Source: Takakia lepidozioides (lineage: Eukaryota; Plantae; Bryophyta). From it: 64,000 nt of DNA. Under the pieces are notes generated by a model. The model did no database searches. It was not told the DNA's origin and saw nothing but the letters and a program-made list of their open reading frames with translations. Location: NCBI GenBank assembly GCA_030704615.1, contig CM060731.1, positions 55,242,001-55,306,000 of the forward strand, given 5' to 3'. Below, piece after piece: positions 47,025-58,500 of this stretch (the first letter of the stretch is position 1; every line of letters begins with the position of its first letter). The position numbers were made by a program, and so were the translations under genes.

Positions 47025-49943
47025 ATTCATCCAAGAGGCCCAGATTTCAAGCACAAAATTACCTATGATTCACTGTGGGTTGATAGCCACACGAAACCTG
47101 TATGGGTAGATGGTCAACTCGAAGCAGCAGCAGTACAGTTGAAAAAACCAGACACTTGGATCATGACCACAGCTTCCGAAAGAGGACCAAGAGAGGGAGT
47201 CCACAATGCCTCTTCTGGCACTTCTAGGTATGTGAGGATTCTATGTGAGGCAGGGCGGCTGAAAGAGGCTCTACAGACTTTAAACCAAGGAGGCATTGCA
47301 GCTGATTCAGATACTTATATCCGTCTCTTGCATAAATGCATCAAGATGAAAGGCCTGGAAGCTGGAAAGCTGGTGCATGCTCACATTCTTCAAAATGGAT
47401 TCAAGCCAAACGTTTTTCTGCACAACACCCTTGTCAACATGTATGTTAAGTGCGGAAGCATTGTGGATGCCCTCAAAGTGTTCAACAGAATGCCTCAACG
47501 AGGTTTGATCACGTGGAATATAATGATGGCAGGCTTTGCCAAGCATGGATATGGTAGGAATGCTTTGGAGACATATGAACAAATGATTCGGGAAGGGGTG
47601 AAGCCCAACCACATCACATTTGTGTGCGTTTGCAATGCATGTGCCAACCTGGCAGCCCTGGAAAAGGGCAAACAGGTCCATGGAGACATCGTCAAAGCTG
47701 GAATTGTACCAGACGTCATTCTGAACAATACCCTCGTGGACATGTATGCGAAATGTGGGTGCATCGAGGATGCAAAGGGAGTTTTCAACACTATGGCTGA
47801 ACGAGATGTGGTGTCATGGAATACGATGATCGCAGGTTATGCACAGCAGGGGCGGGGGATGGAGGCTTTGGAGACCTATGAGCAAATGATGCGAGAAAGG
47901 GTGAAGCCCAACCACATTACATTTGTTTGCGCTTGCAATGCATGTGCTAACCTGGCAGCCCTGGAAAAGGGCAAAGAGGTGCATGGTGACATAATCAAAG
48001 CTGGAATTGTACCAAATGTCATTCTGAACACTTCCCTGGTGGACATGTACGCCAAATGTGGGAGCATGGAAGATGCAAAGGGAATATTCGACAATATCGC
48101 TGAACGAGATGTGGTGTTGTGGAGCGCAATGATCGCAGGATATGCACAGAAGGGGCGCGGGATGCAGGGTTTGGAGACCTATGAGCAAATGATGCGGGAT
48201 GGGGTGAAGCCCAACCACGTCACGTTTGTGTGCGTTTGCAATGCATGTGCGAGTCTGGCAGCCTTGGAAAAGGGCAAAGAGGTCCACAGTGACATTGTCA
48301 AAGCCGGAATTGTGCCAGATGTCATTTTGAACAATACCCTCGTGGATATGTATGCCAAATGTGGGAGCATTGAAGATGCAAAGGGAGTGTTCGATAGTAT
48401 GGCTGAGCAAGATGTGGTGTCGTGGAGCACGATGATCGCAGGATATACACAGCAGGGGCGGGGGATGGAGGCTTTGGAGACCTATGAGCAAATGAAGCAA
48501 AGAGGGGTGAAACCCAACCACGTCACGTTTGTTTGTGTTTGCAATGCGTGTGCAAGCCTGGCAGCCCTGGAAAAGGGCAAAGAGGTCCATGGTGACATCA
48601 TCAAAGCTGGAATTGTACCAGATGTCATTCTGAACAATACCCTGGTGGACATGTATGCCAAATGTGGGAGCATTGAAGATGCAAAGGGAGTGTTCAACAC
48701 TATGGCTGAGCAAGATGTGGTGTCGTGGAGCACTATGATTGCAGGATATGCGCAGCAGGGGCGTGGGATGGAGGCTTTAGAGACCTACGAGCAAATGATG
48801 CGGGAAGGGGTGAAGCCTGACCATGTGACATTTGTTTGTGTTTGCAATGCGTGTGCAAGTCTGGCAGCCTTGGAAAAGGGTAAAGAAGTCCATGGCGACA
48901 TCATCAAAGCTCGAATTGCACCAGATGTGATTTTGAACACTGCCCTGGTGGACATGTATGCCAAATGTGGGAGCATTGAAGATGCAAAGGGAATGTTTGA
49001 CAATATTGCTGAACGAAATGTGGTGTCATGGAACGTGATGATGGCAGGATATGCCCAGCATGGTTGTCATAGGGAGGCCCTGCAACTATTTGAAGCAATG
49101 CAAATGGAAGGCTTAAAGCCAGATAATATCACCTTTATATGCGTTCTCTCTGCATGCAGCCACGTTGGCCTACTGGATGAAGGAAGACGCTACTTTGATT
49201 CCCTGAGTCAAGATCATGGTGTCACCCCCACAGTAAAGCACTTTGGCTGCATGGTGGACCTTCTTGGACGAGCGGGGCGATTGGATGAGGCAGAGGACCT
49301 CATCAATAAAATGCCATTCCCACCAGATGCCGTGGTGTGGAAGGCCTTGCTTGGTGCCTGCAGAATCCATGGCAATGTGGAGATGGCTGAACGTACAGCA
49401 ACATCGATTCTCAAGTGGGATATAGAGGATGCGGTGACTTATGTGTTGCTATCAAACATCTATGCTGCAGCTGGCAGGTGGGACGATAGTGCAAAGGTGA
49501 GAAAAATGATGAAGGTCAGAGGGGCTAGAAAGGAACCAGGTCACTGCTGCATTGAGGTTGGCAACAGGGTGCACACCTTTGTTGTAGATGACAAATTGCA
49601 TCCCAAGATTAAGGAAATCCATTCAGAGCTGAGAAGATTGTCTGGGCAGATGAAGGAGGTAGGGTATATGCCAGACAAGCGCTTTGTGTTGCATAATGTG
49701 GGGGTGGAGCAAAAGGAATTTTCTCTTTGCCACCACAGTGAGAAGCTGGCCATTGGTTTTGGGCTGATCAGCACAGCCCCTAGGACGACTCTCCGGCTCA
49801 TCAAGAATCTTCGGGTGTGTGGTGACTGCCACACCTCCACCAAGTTCATCTCAAAGATTGTTGGCCGAGCAATTGTTGTACGGGATGCAAACCGCTTTCA
49901 CCACTTTGAAGATGGGGTTTGTTCTTGTGGGGATTACTGGTGA
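47025..49943 (+). CDS. PLS-class PPR protein with E and DYW cytidine-deaminase domains (organellar C-to-U RNA editing factor); main exon
   Basis: ~101-aa P-L-S triplets, PG box (KEPG), HSEKLA, CGDCH, terminal DYW; the exon starts IHPRGPDFKHK after the AG at 47023-47024. Confidence 0.95.
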   Translation: MHPRGPDFKHKITYDSLWVDSHTKPVWVDGQLEAAAVQLKKPDTWIMTTASERGPREGVHNASSGTSRYVRILCEAGRLKEALQTLNQGGIAADSDTYIRLLHKCIKMKGLEAGKLVHAHILQNGFKPNVFLHNTLVNMYVKCGSIVDALKVFNRMPQRGLITWNIMMAGFAKHGYGRNALETYEQMIREGVKPNHITFVCVCNACANLAALEKGKQVHGDIVKAGIVPDVILNNTLVDMYAKCGCIEDAKGVFNTMAERDVVSWNTMIAGYAQQGRGMEALETYEQMMRERVKPNHITFVCACNACANLAALEKGKEVHGDIIKAGIVPNVILNTSLVDMYAKCGSMEDAKGIFDNIAERDVVLWSAMIAGYAQKGRGMQGLETYEQMMRDGVKPNHVTFVCVCNACASLAALEKGKEVHSDIVKAGIVPDVILNNTLVDMYAKCGSIEDAKGVFDSMAEQDVVSWSTMIAGYTQQGRGMEALETYEQMKQRGVKPNHVTFVCVCNACASLAALEKGKEVHGDIIKAGIVPDVILNNTLVDMYAKCGSIEDAKGVFNTMAEQDVVSWSTMIAGYAQQGRGMEALETYEQMMREGVKPDHVTFVCVCNACASLAALEKGKEVHGDIIKARIAPDVILNTALVDMYAKCGSIEDAKGMFDNIAERNVVSWNVMMAGYAQHGCHREALQLFEAMQMEGLKPDNITFICVLSACSHVGLLDEGRRYFDSLSQDHGVTPTVKHFGCMVDLLGRAGRLDEAEDLINKMPFPPDAVVWKALLGACRIHGNVEMAERTATSILKWDIEDAVTYVLLSNIYAAAGRWDDSAKVRKMMKVRGARKEPGHCCIEVGNRVHTFVVDDKLHPKIKEIHSELRRLSGQMKEVGYMPDKRFVLHNVGVEQKEFSLCHHSEKLAIGFGLISTAPRTTLRLIKNLRVCGDCHTSTKFISKIVGRAIVVRDANRFHHFEDGVCSCGDYW

Positions 49944-50339
49944 AACGATGTTTTTCTGGAAAGGTGTGGTTCGTTTTCTTCATTCGTTCATCCACCATTT
50001 TGAATGTTGACCATGAGGGCATTTCCTGTGGCATACCGAGTAAGCCAAGGCTGTAGGGAGATAGCTTCAATTCACTACTCATCCTTAGGTTGAGATACCT
50101 ATCACAAGAACCACTTTTGCCTTGTGGTGAGGGTGGTCTGATGCTCGACTCATGCACTAAAGGCAGGATTCTCCTTTCCTCAGTAGGGCATGCAAGCTTT
50201 GGGAGGAAGTAGCAAGCACATAGGATCAACAGGTCAAGAAGTCTCCCGATTCTGAATTCATCGCAAGTCCCTGCCACAAAACACTCTCCCAACCATTTCT
50301 CTCTACATTGCAAATTGCACACAACTTGTACACCATGTA

Positions 50340-50402
50340 CCAGAGTCGCTCTGAACACTGCCCTGGTGGAAATATATGCCAAATGTGGGAGCATTGAAGA
50401 TG
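50340..50402 (+). pseudogene. Short PPR fragment
   Basis: ctgaacactgccctggtggaaatatatgccaaatgtgggagcattgaagatg matches the PPR repeat. Confidence 0.7.
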
Positions 50403-51759
50403 AAATTGTTTCAGACATGTCCCAAATCTGCTGTATTCTGAAGTGGGTAGAGTAGGTGAATTGTGTCCCCCCAACCCTGAACTCCAACATGCAAAATTCC
50501 ATTACAATTACTATGTGAACTTTCCAGTGACCATGGGATTAAATCTTGGGGGGTTAAGGCTAGCTTTTGACAGCATTCATGCAAGTTAGTCAAGGGCTCT
50601 ATCTGAAGCAGCACTATGAGAAACATACAAACATGTCCAAATTCAAGATGATTAACCAAACTTGTGCAAGCTGCCACTCTAATCAAGCTCATTATGAATC
50701 GTTCACATTCATCTTCGAGCTTCGAAGACTACCCACACTAGAATTAGGTCAGCACTCATTTCCTTCCACTATCACTAGAGTCAGTCAAAATTCCCCTTCA
50801 CTCATTACCTGCTCCAGTTTCCACCTATGCTGGTAGACCCCACTACCATTTCCCGTGCACAGAACACTTTGACGATACCAGAAGAAAGTCCCCTAGCCTG
50901 AGACTTGATAGAAAGCCGACCTAATAATAGATGTTGAGAGGTGTTGAGTATGGCCTCCTCTCTGCACCCTTGCAATTGTCATCCATTCTGCACCTCTGAC
51001 ATGATTTGCGCACTTGAGAACGAGTTCTCACCTGTTAACACATTGAAATCGTCAAAATGGGAGGCTTGTGGACGGTTTGCACTTTCTGCATTTCACAGCA
51101 TTTTAAAATTTATTTTCCACTCCTTGTTTCTATCTGCCAGTGCCCTCTAACCCGTTGCCGAGATTTCCACCGATAACGGTTGATATTGCCGGTTGCCAAA
51201 ATTTGAGGTTTTCCAGCAGAATCTGTCGGCAACGTCACCGGGACATGTCCGGCATGCATCTCCGGCAGCGATGGCATGCATGTGTGCACATGTAGTGTAT
51301 GTAGATGGGCATGGTGTTCAGACATGTGGCAGCAACAGATGCATGCACAGATGTGCTCTGCATCAATGGCATCATACCATGTGTACATGACAGTGCCCAT
51401 TTCATTTTGCATGGACGAGATTGCTTAGAAACCAATTTATTCTAGCGACGACCGAAGGCCGAGAGCTAGTTTAGCGTGGAGCAGGAATAGGGTGCCATAG
51501 TGCCACATCATCGTCGCCATGTACGTCGTCAATTTCTTTCTATCTGCCTGGATTGCCCTAAAAATCCGAAAATAACTTCTTGAACGGTACTTCGTTGAGA
51601 CTGACCTTTTTCCTCCCTGCTTATGTTTGATGTTCAAAGGAGAGAGAGAGAGCGCGCAATGGCTACATAGGTTGATAAGCCTGGCATTTAGAATAGGTTT
51701 AGATAGGTTTGGCAAACGGGGTTGCTTCAGGATTATTGCTGGTCCAATGTGGGCTATTG

Positions 51760-53229
51760 GCTCCTGTTAGTACCATGATTTGGTATTTTTCCTGATGTTT
51801 ACAAGGTTCTTGCGAGAGTCAGCTTGGTCTTGCTAGGCCGTGTTTCAATCTCCGCCTCCTGTTAGTACCATGATTTGTTGTTCTTCTTGATGTTTACAAG
51901 GTTCTTGCCCCCTAAGTTTTTTGACCCCCTAGCGCGCGGATAATTCTCCCATTCTCGCAGACTAAAGGTACGAAGGAAGTTGCCGATCAGTCAGCTTGGT
52001 CTTGCCAGGCCGTATTTCAATCTCTGCCTGCTAGCTGCACCATGGTGGTTCTCACAGACCGATCCGACATTACCTGACTACGGACACAAGCAGTACACAC
52101 AAGAGGTCAATTTGGGTTGATGGTTACCATGGGTCATACACAACGTCAAGGACAATGTGGTGAGGGCACCTTCTTCTTAAACCTATTTCAGCCTGTTTTG
52201 CGCTCTCATCAGACTCAACCCTGAATTTGCATATTGAATATGGTGTCTGCATCCAAGTTGTAGCCTTTCATTTGCCATATGTTGCAGTGGATCTGTGGTG
52301 GTTTGGAATGAATTTGACAAGTTAGTGCCGATGTGGCAGCAGGAGAGTATCCAAAAACAGATAAGAGAGACGAGGAGAAGCTTTGGAATGAACACTTCTC
52401 CGACGCCAATCAATTGTGGGACAATGGAGACAAAAAGGTGAATGCTTGTTGGAAGCAGATGCAAGTCAGCATAGGAACTAGTTTGATAAGTATGGTTGGG
52501 GTGTTTGCTGGAAGAATTCCTAGAACAAATCTAGGCTGTCATTGTCACTGTCACATAGAGAATGAACTAAGCTGTACCTCCGCTTAGAAGTCCCTTGATG
52601 AGGTCCCAGGTGCTCAGTTGAGTTCACTTTGCGGCTTATCCTCAGATACATAGCAGAACAAGACTAGTGACATGACATATGCGACCAACCGAATCGTCTT
52701 TGTAAACTTGATTCAAGAAACCAGTAGACGAAACCGCTACATGTTATCAGCTTGCTCCACGGGCTGCTGGCTGGAACACCAAAAGAAAGGATTAGAAGGC
52801 TGCACTTCCTCCACGTCCAATAAAACCTCCGTCAGGTACGACATCCACTTGACCTCGTGTTCGATGGCGAGGACTTATGTCTCTTACCGGAGAAAGGTGA
52901 ATGTCTGTTGGATTACAGAGAGTAGCAAACACAATAAGCATAGGAACTAGTGTGATAAGCTGAGTTGGGTGTTTCCTAGAACAAATCTAGGCTGTCATTG
53001 TCAGTTGTTAGCAGCAAGACAAGGATGAATGCATGATTTGTGCAGAGGCATGGATAGCTGAAGGAGCAGGGGTAGAGTGTGTGTACAGAATCATCCAAGA
53101 GGGCCAGATTTCAAGCACAAGATTACCTATGATTCCCTGTGGATCAATAGCTACAAGAAACCTGCATGGATAGATGGTCAACTAAAGGCAGCAGCTGCAG
53201 CGGCATAGTTGATCAAATCAGGCACCTCA
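51760..53229 (+). pseudogene. Degenerate duplicate of the PDF-motif exons and introns of the PPR gene, truncated by gypsy sequence
   Basis: GEYPKTDKRDEEKLWNEHFSDANQLWDNGDKK (52333-52440) and HPRGPDFKHKITYDSLWI (~53090-53150); intron sequences also match 46.3-47.1 kb. Confidence 0.85.
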
Positions 53230-55552
53230 GTATAAGCTAGGACCTGATGGAGTTCTTAAACGATGCTTGTACCACCATGAAGTAAATAAAGTTTTGGAGG
53301 AAGTTCATAAAGGAGTGGCTGGAGGTCATTTTGGAGAAGAGACTACCAGTAGAAAGATACTACTTGCAGGTTACTGGTGGCCTACTTTGTTCAAGGATGT
53401 ACACAAATATTGCAAGAGTTGTGATGAGTGTCAGAGGCTAGGACCATTGCAGAGATCTGGAAAGATGGCTTTGCATCCTACGATGCCTACTGAACCATTT
53501 CAGAAATGGGGACTAGAGTTTGTTAGACCAATTAACCCACCAGCCAGAAATACACAGAACAAATATATAATCACAGCCACTAATTATACTACGAAGTGGG
53601 TGGAAGCTAAAGCTCTGAGGGACAACACAGCTAAGTCTACAGCAAGGTTCATGTATGAGAACATACTTACAAGATTTGGTTGTCCCCTGGAATTTATCAG
53701 TGACCAGGGAAGTCACTTCATTAATGAGACCATAGAACTATTGTCTAAAGAGTTCATGATTGTGCATAGGAAGAGTACAACCTATTACCCACAGGGTAAT
53801 GGGCAGGCAGAGGCTACCAACAAAATACTATGTACTATCTTGGCTAAGATAGTCATGCAAACAGAACAGATTGGGATACAAAGCTGCTGACAGTTTTTTG
53901 GTCATACAGGACTTCATATAAAGTCACCACTAAGTATACACCATTCCAATTAGTTTATGGTATGGAAGCTTTACTTCCAGTGGAGTTCTTGTTACCTACC
54001 ATGAGAACTGAATGGGGAAGGAGAATGGAATTGGAAGATTCAATTAAGGTCAGGAAACATGAATTATACCATGTGGAAGAAGTACATGCTGATGCAGCAG
54101 ATAACATGACCAGAATTCAGATGAGGAGGAAGGATCAGTTTGATGAAGGTAAATTAAAGACTTTTAAGACGGGAGATTTGGTACTGTGGTTGTAGAAGAA
54201 GGGAAAGATTAAAGCTTCTAAGCTTAAATCACCATGGAAAGGACCTTATGTCATACAAAAGATGTATGATAACAACACAGCCATGTTACAAACCATTAAC
54301 AAAGCGATGCTGGGAAGAGTCAATGCCAATAAGTTGAAGGGATACAGTGGTATCCATGACAAACCATTGCGGCACGATTTGCATGTCGAAACACAGAAAC
54401 AGTCACTGGCTGCACCGGTGATATCAACGGAGTATGGAGCACTTGTCATTAAGCCGAGTGTGAATGGCCAGGGCGGAAGGTACAGGTGTTCGTGTAGTAT
54501 CACAGCCTACCACAGTGTGACACAGTCTATCACAGCCCACCACAGGGTGACACAGTCTATCACAGCCCACCACAGTGTCACACAGTCTATCACAGCCCAT
54601 CACAACATCACACAGCCAGGTGGATGCGGGTTAACGTCAGAAAAGTGGACGGCGGGTGAAAAGACAGCTTGGAAGTCAAACTCGGAGAATGTGCCACACG
54701 GACAAGGGAAGACGGAGGCATGTCTAAAAACGAACACGTGGCCACTAGGGCGAAGCACACCGCGGTGCATATACTGCAAAAGTGGGTGTCATCATGCAAG
54801 AGGACAAACTGGGCCGTCAAAGTACCTAACCGGTACATCAGCCAAAACTATTTGTGGGCCCATTAATGCAATCAGGGCAAAAGTAACGGAACCCTTTACG
54901 AGTACAGAAAAGGGGGACTTTTGCCACATGTGCTGTCCTAGTGGATATTCCAGGTGGGAATGTCCACTGAGGAGGGTAAAGTTAAGAAATTACCCAAGGA
55001 GGCAACAGCCAATCAGGAGTGAGAATTTCATGCAGGTGGTTCCCTCCAAGAAACAAGAACAAGAAATTAGAAGAGTTATGAGCGGAAGAGTCGGGGTGAC
55101 TCCGAATAACCAGTGTCTCGACGGGAGGGGCAAACAAAGCTATAGCTTTGTAGCTATGGCGGATATTACAGATTATACGCTCGCTTTACTTCTTACGCAG
55201 TGGCGCAAGGACGGACGGGTTGAGAGTACATTCTCTCTCACTTGATACTTGCAAGCCCCACAGGCTTACACGCACTTACCCGTTCCATTTTGTGCCAACC
55301 ATACTTTTATGCTCTACGCCTTGCAAGCTTTCTATAGAGCTATTTCAAACAAGGCCATCTTGTTTGTCTGGAATGAAGAGAATAATTTTGCGCAGACTTA
55401 CAGATGGTAGACTTAGGCCACACAAGTTTAGGGGTGGTAGACAGGCTCACACAGTCAAGTCCCGGTTATCACAGCCCGTCACAGTCTATTACAGCTTATC
55501 ACAACCCGACACAGCTACGCACAGCCAGTCACAACACAACACAGCCCGACAT
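53230..55552 (+). mobile_element. Ty3/gypsy fragment: integrase and start of the post-integrase extension (diverged subfamily)
   Basis: H...GGHFG...C..C Zn finger, SDQGSHF, YYPQGNGQAE, WKGPY; stops and a frameshift. Confidence 0.92.
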
Positions 55553-58500
55553 TGTCGAGCGGCTTTTACTCACCCATCCCTTCGCTATCCGAGGTGGGAA
55601 CTCCAAGATAGAAGAGTTGGAAATCTCTAAGCACTCAGCCCGCTCAGAACAATCAGTCATGACCTACAGCTAGTGTATCATGGGGGTGTTTCCTATTTGT
55701 ATTCCTTCCCGTATTCATGTTAGCTAGTTACCTTACTGTTGGTATTTAAGTATCAGATTGCTTCAGCATTCTATCGGATTCGATCAACTCATCCATTCAT
55801 TCCACAGCTTCACTCAGATCTCTCGACACAGTGTGAGTATGAAGTATGTATCAGATTAATATCTATCAAGTATCAGGCTGAAGCCATGGAGTCTCTAATC
55901 TGCTCTACATTACAACTCTACTGCTTGCATTCATCAAGCATCAACAAATCGTTCTCCTCCTACTCCGTGCTCTCCCTCTTTCTACTCAGAGATGCGCTCT
56001 CCGCTTCATTTCCCAGCTGTGATGCCAGAAATCCTCCAAGAAGTAGTCCCCCCCCCAAGAAGCGATCCCCAAGAAGTGATCCCCCAAAAGTGATCCCCCA
56101 AAAGTGATCCCCAAGAAGTGATCCCCCAGAAGTGATCCCCTTTCCCGTCCCCGCTCCTGGCTTTATCTTCCTACCCGTTGTTCTAACCGTTTCCCTCACT
56201 AACCGTTATCTCTGTAGTACACGTTCATTTTTTCAGATGTCGTTCCCCCACAGTCGTTCCCTGCCAATGGTAACTGTTCCCTAGCTGTGCCGAGCTGTGA
56301 CTGGCTGTATCAGGCTGTGGCGGCTGTGACTGGCTGTGTCGGGCTGTGTAGGGCTGTGCGAAGCTGTGGCGGCTGTGTCAGGCTGTGTCGGACTGTGACG
56401 GGCTGTGTTGGCTGTGACTGGCTATGTTGGACTGTGACGGGCTGTGTTGGCTGTGACTGGCTGTGTTGGACTGTGACGGGCTGTGACGTCTGTGACTGGC
56501 TGTGTTGGGCTGTGTATCTCCCCCCCTAAAGCCTGTTGCTGTCACCCCTAAGGCTCCTGTTGGTCTCAGTCTGTGTAAAAATTAAGGGTACCCCACAGAT
56601 CCCGTAAAAGCGTCTAAGTCCTAAGCAGCCCTCTAACATTTACCCCTCCCCCTCTCAAAAAGCCGTGTCCACACAGTTTACTGTTTGGGATTTGTAACCC
56701 TTTGTGACCGAACACCCTTCTGACGGTTAGAGTCTCGTGAAGGACTCCGTGTGCGAGCCCGTGTCCTGTCACTGGTTGAGGGAGATGATTGAAGACTACC
56801 TAGATATGTCAGTCCCTCTGGGGGCTGATATCGAGGTAATCTTTCAGGCATAGGAGACCCTCGTCGCTTCTTCTCTGCCATCTGAATTGCATAGTCCTCT
56901 GCCATGTCAAAAGAATCCGCTGAAGAAACAGTTGTATCAGAATCCTCGTCCCCTCTGAGGTGTTTTAACGGCCGAACTTTTTGTGGAATCCTCTGGGGCA
57001 TACAATGTTGTCCCACCATGTCTGGAAGTTTAAACTGCAAAACTTGCTGTAAGCGCTAAATGGCAAAATTGGTGAAGACCCTGAACTCCTTGTGTGTCCA
57101 AGTGAGTGGTGTACCAATGACTTGTGAATTGTGCAAGTATTTCCATGCCTCTTGGCCCTTAAAGAAAATATCATCAGGCCCAAATTTCTGTGTTGACAAA
57201 TTGTTCCAGGCCGCATGAAACCATGAACGAAGTTGGGAATCCTTTTGCATCATCACCTTTGCATCATAGAGGTACATATGAGGTGGCACTGAAGGTAAGA
57301 CCCAATGATCCCCACTGGAATAACTCAGAAAGCGCGATTGCATCTTCTGCTGCTCAATGTGATAACGTGCCAGAAAACAAGCAGCATGATATAACCCGCA
57401 GCCCATGACAATACTTGCTACCTCCTTGGTCTTGGTATAAATGTACCCATGTACAACTTGGAAGGCAATTAGTTCCTTCAACATGGTACTTGCCTCATGC
57501 CAGTACCTTACAAAGTGATGATCCTCAATGGGTCGATTGTTCGGAAGAACCTTAGTCCTAGTTGCCACTGGCAGCCAAATGCGCATGATCTGGTAGTAAT
57601 GTGCCAACGACTGTGGAGGACTAAATTCCTTCCAAGCCAAATCCAACACAATGGGAATTTGGTTGAAGGGCATAATCATAGCCCGACTGTATTCCCGTGT
57701 AGCATAAGTTTTAGGTGGGTTAAAAGCAGCATCCCCCCATACCTCAAGCTGTGGTGGCTGTGGTGTGGCTGTTGTAACAACAGGGTCAGCTACTGTCACA
57801 GTGACTTGTTGTGGTGTTGGTGGCACTAGCTCTTGTACCACTGGCATCTCCTGCACCCCCTGCGAAGAAGACTGAAAAGCCAAAGTTCTGGCTTGTAAAT
57901 GAGAAGCCATCAGCTGCTCCTCAGGTACAAAGACTCTCTTGTCAATATTTGATGTCAGGTCCTCCACCTGAGTCTGTAGGCCGTCTACATCCTCTTGTAG
58001 CTCCGCTATCCTACTATAGACATTGTCTATAGTAGTTGTGGCAATGTTCTGCACTTGCAGTCTGAGCTCATTCATCTCGCTTTGGGTGAGCTTTCGTGGT
58101 GCTTTGCCCTCTACCGGCCCTTGTGCTAACCAGACCTGCATAAGATGGTTATCCACCAAGTTGCTTGTGGCACCCCTGAGAGTCTGCTCCTCTGTGAGCC
58201 TGTACATATCTATCTACTGCTGTAAAGCCTCCCTGCGCTTTGCATGAGGTTCAACCAAACTCGCATATGCAGCAGCCAGATTATTGGCTTCCTTCCAAGC
58301 CTTGTTAGCCACAGAGAGTTCATTTTTATTGGACATGAGCGTTTGTTGCAATTCCAGGATGTACCTCTCTTGGTTAGCTTCAACCTGTCTGTATTGCTTG
58401 AAAGTATTCTCGTTGCGACAGATTGTATTCTTCATATCAATAATGAGTTTCGTCTGCTCGAGATTATCAGCCTGTGCCTTCATACATCTTTCCGCTTGGT

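Noticed and set aside
47114-49849. Antisense ORFs over the PPR gene (and the alternative-frame ORFs over PRP38)
   Set aside because: Shadow ORFs of repetitive coding sequence.
51138-51420. Possible DNA-transposon end (cagtgccctctaacccgttgccg...)
   Set aside because: No matching second terminus or TSD found in the window.
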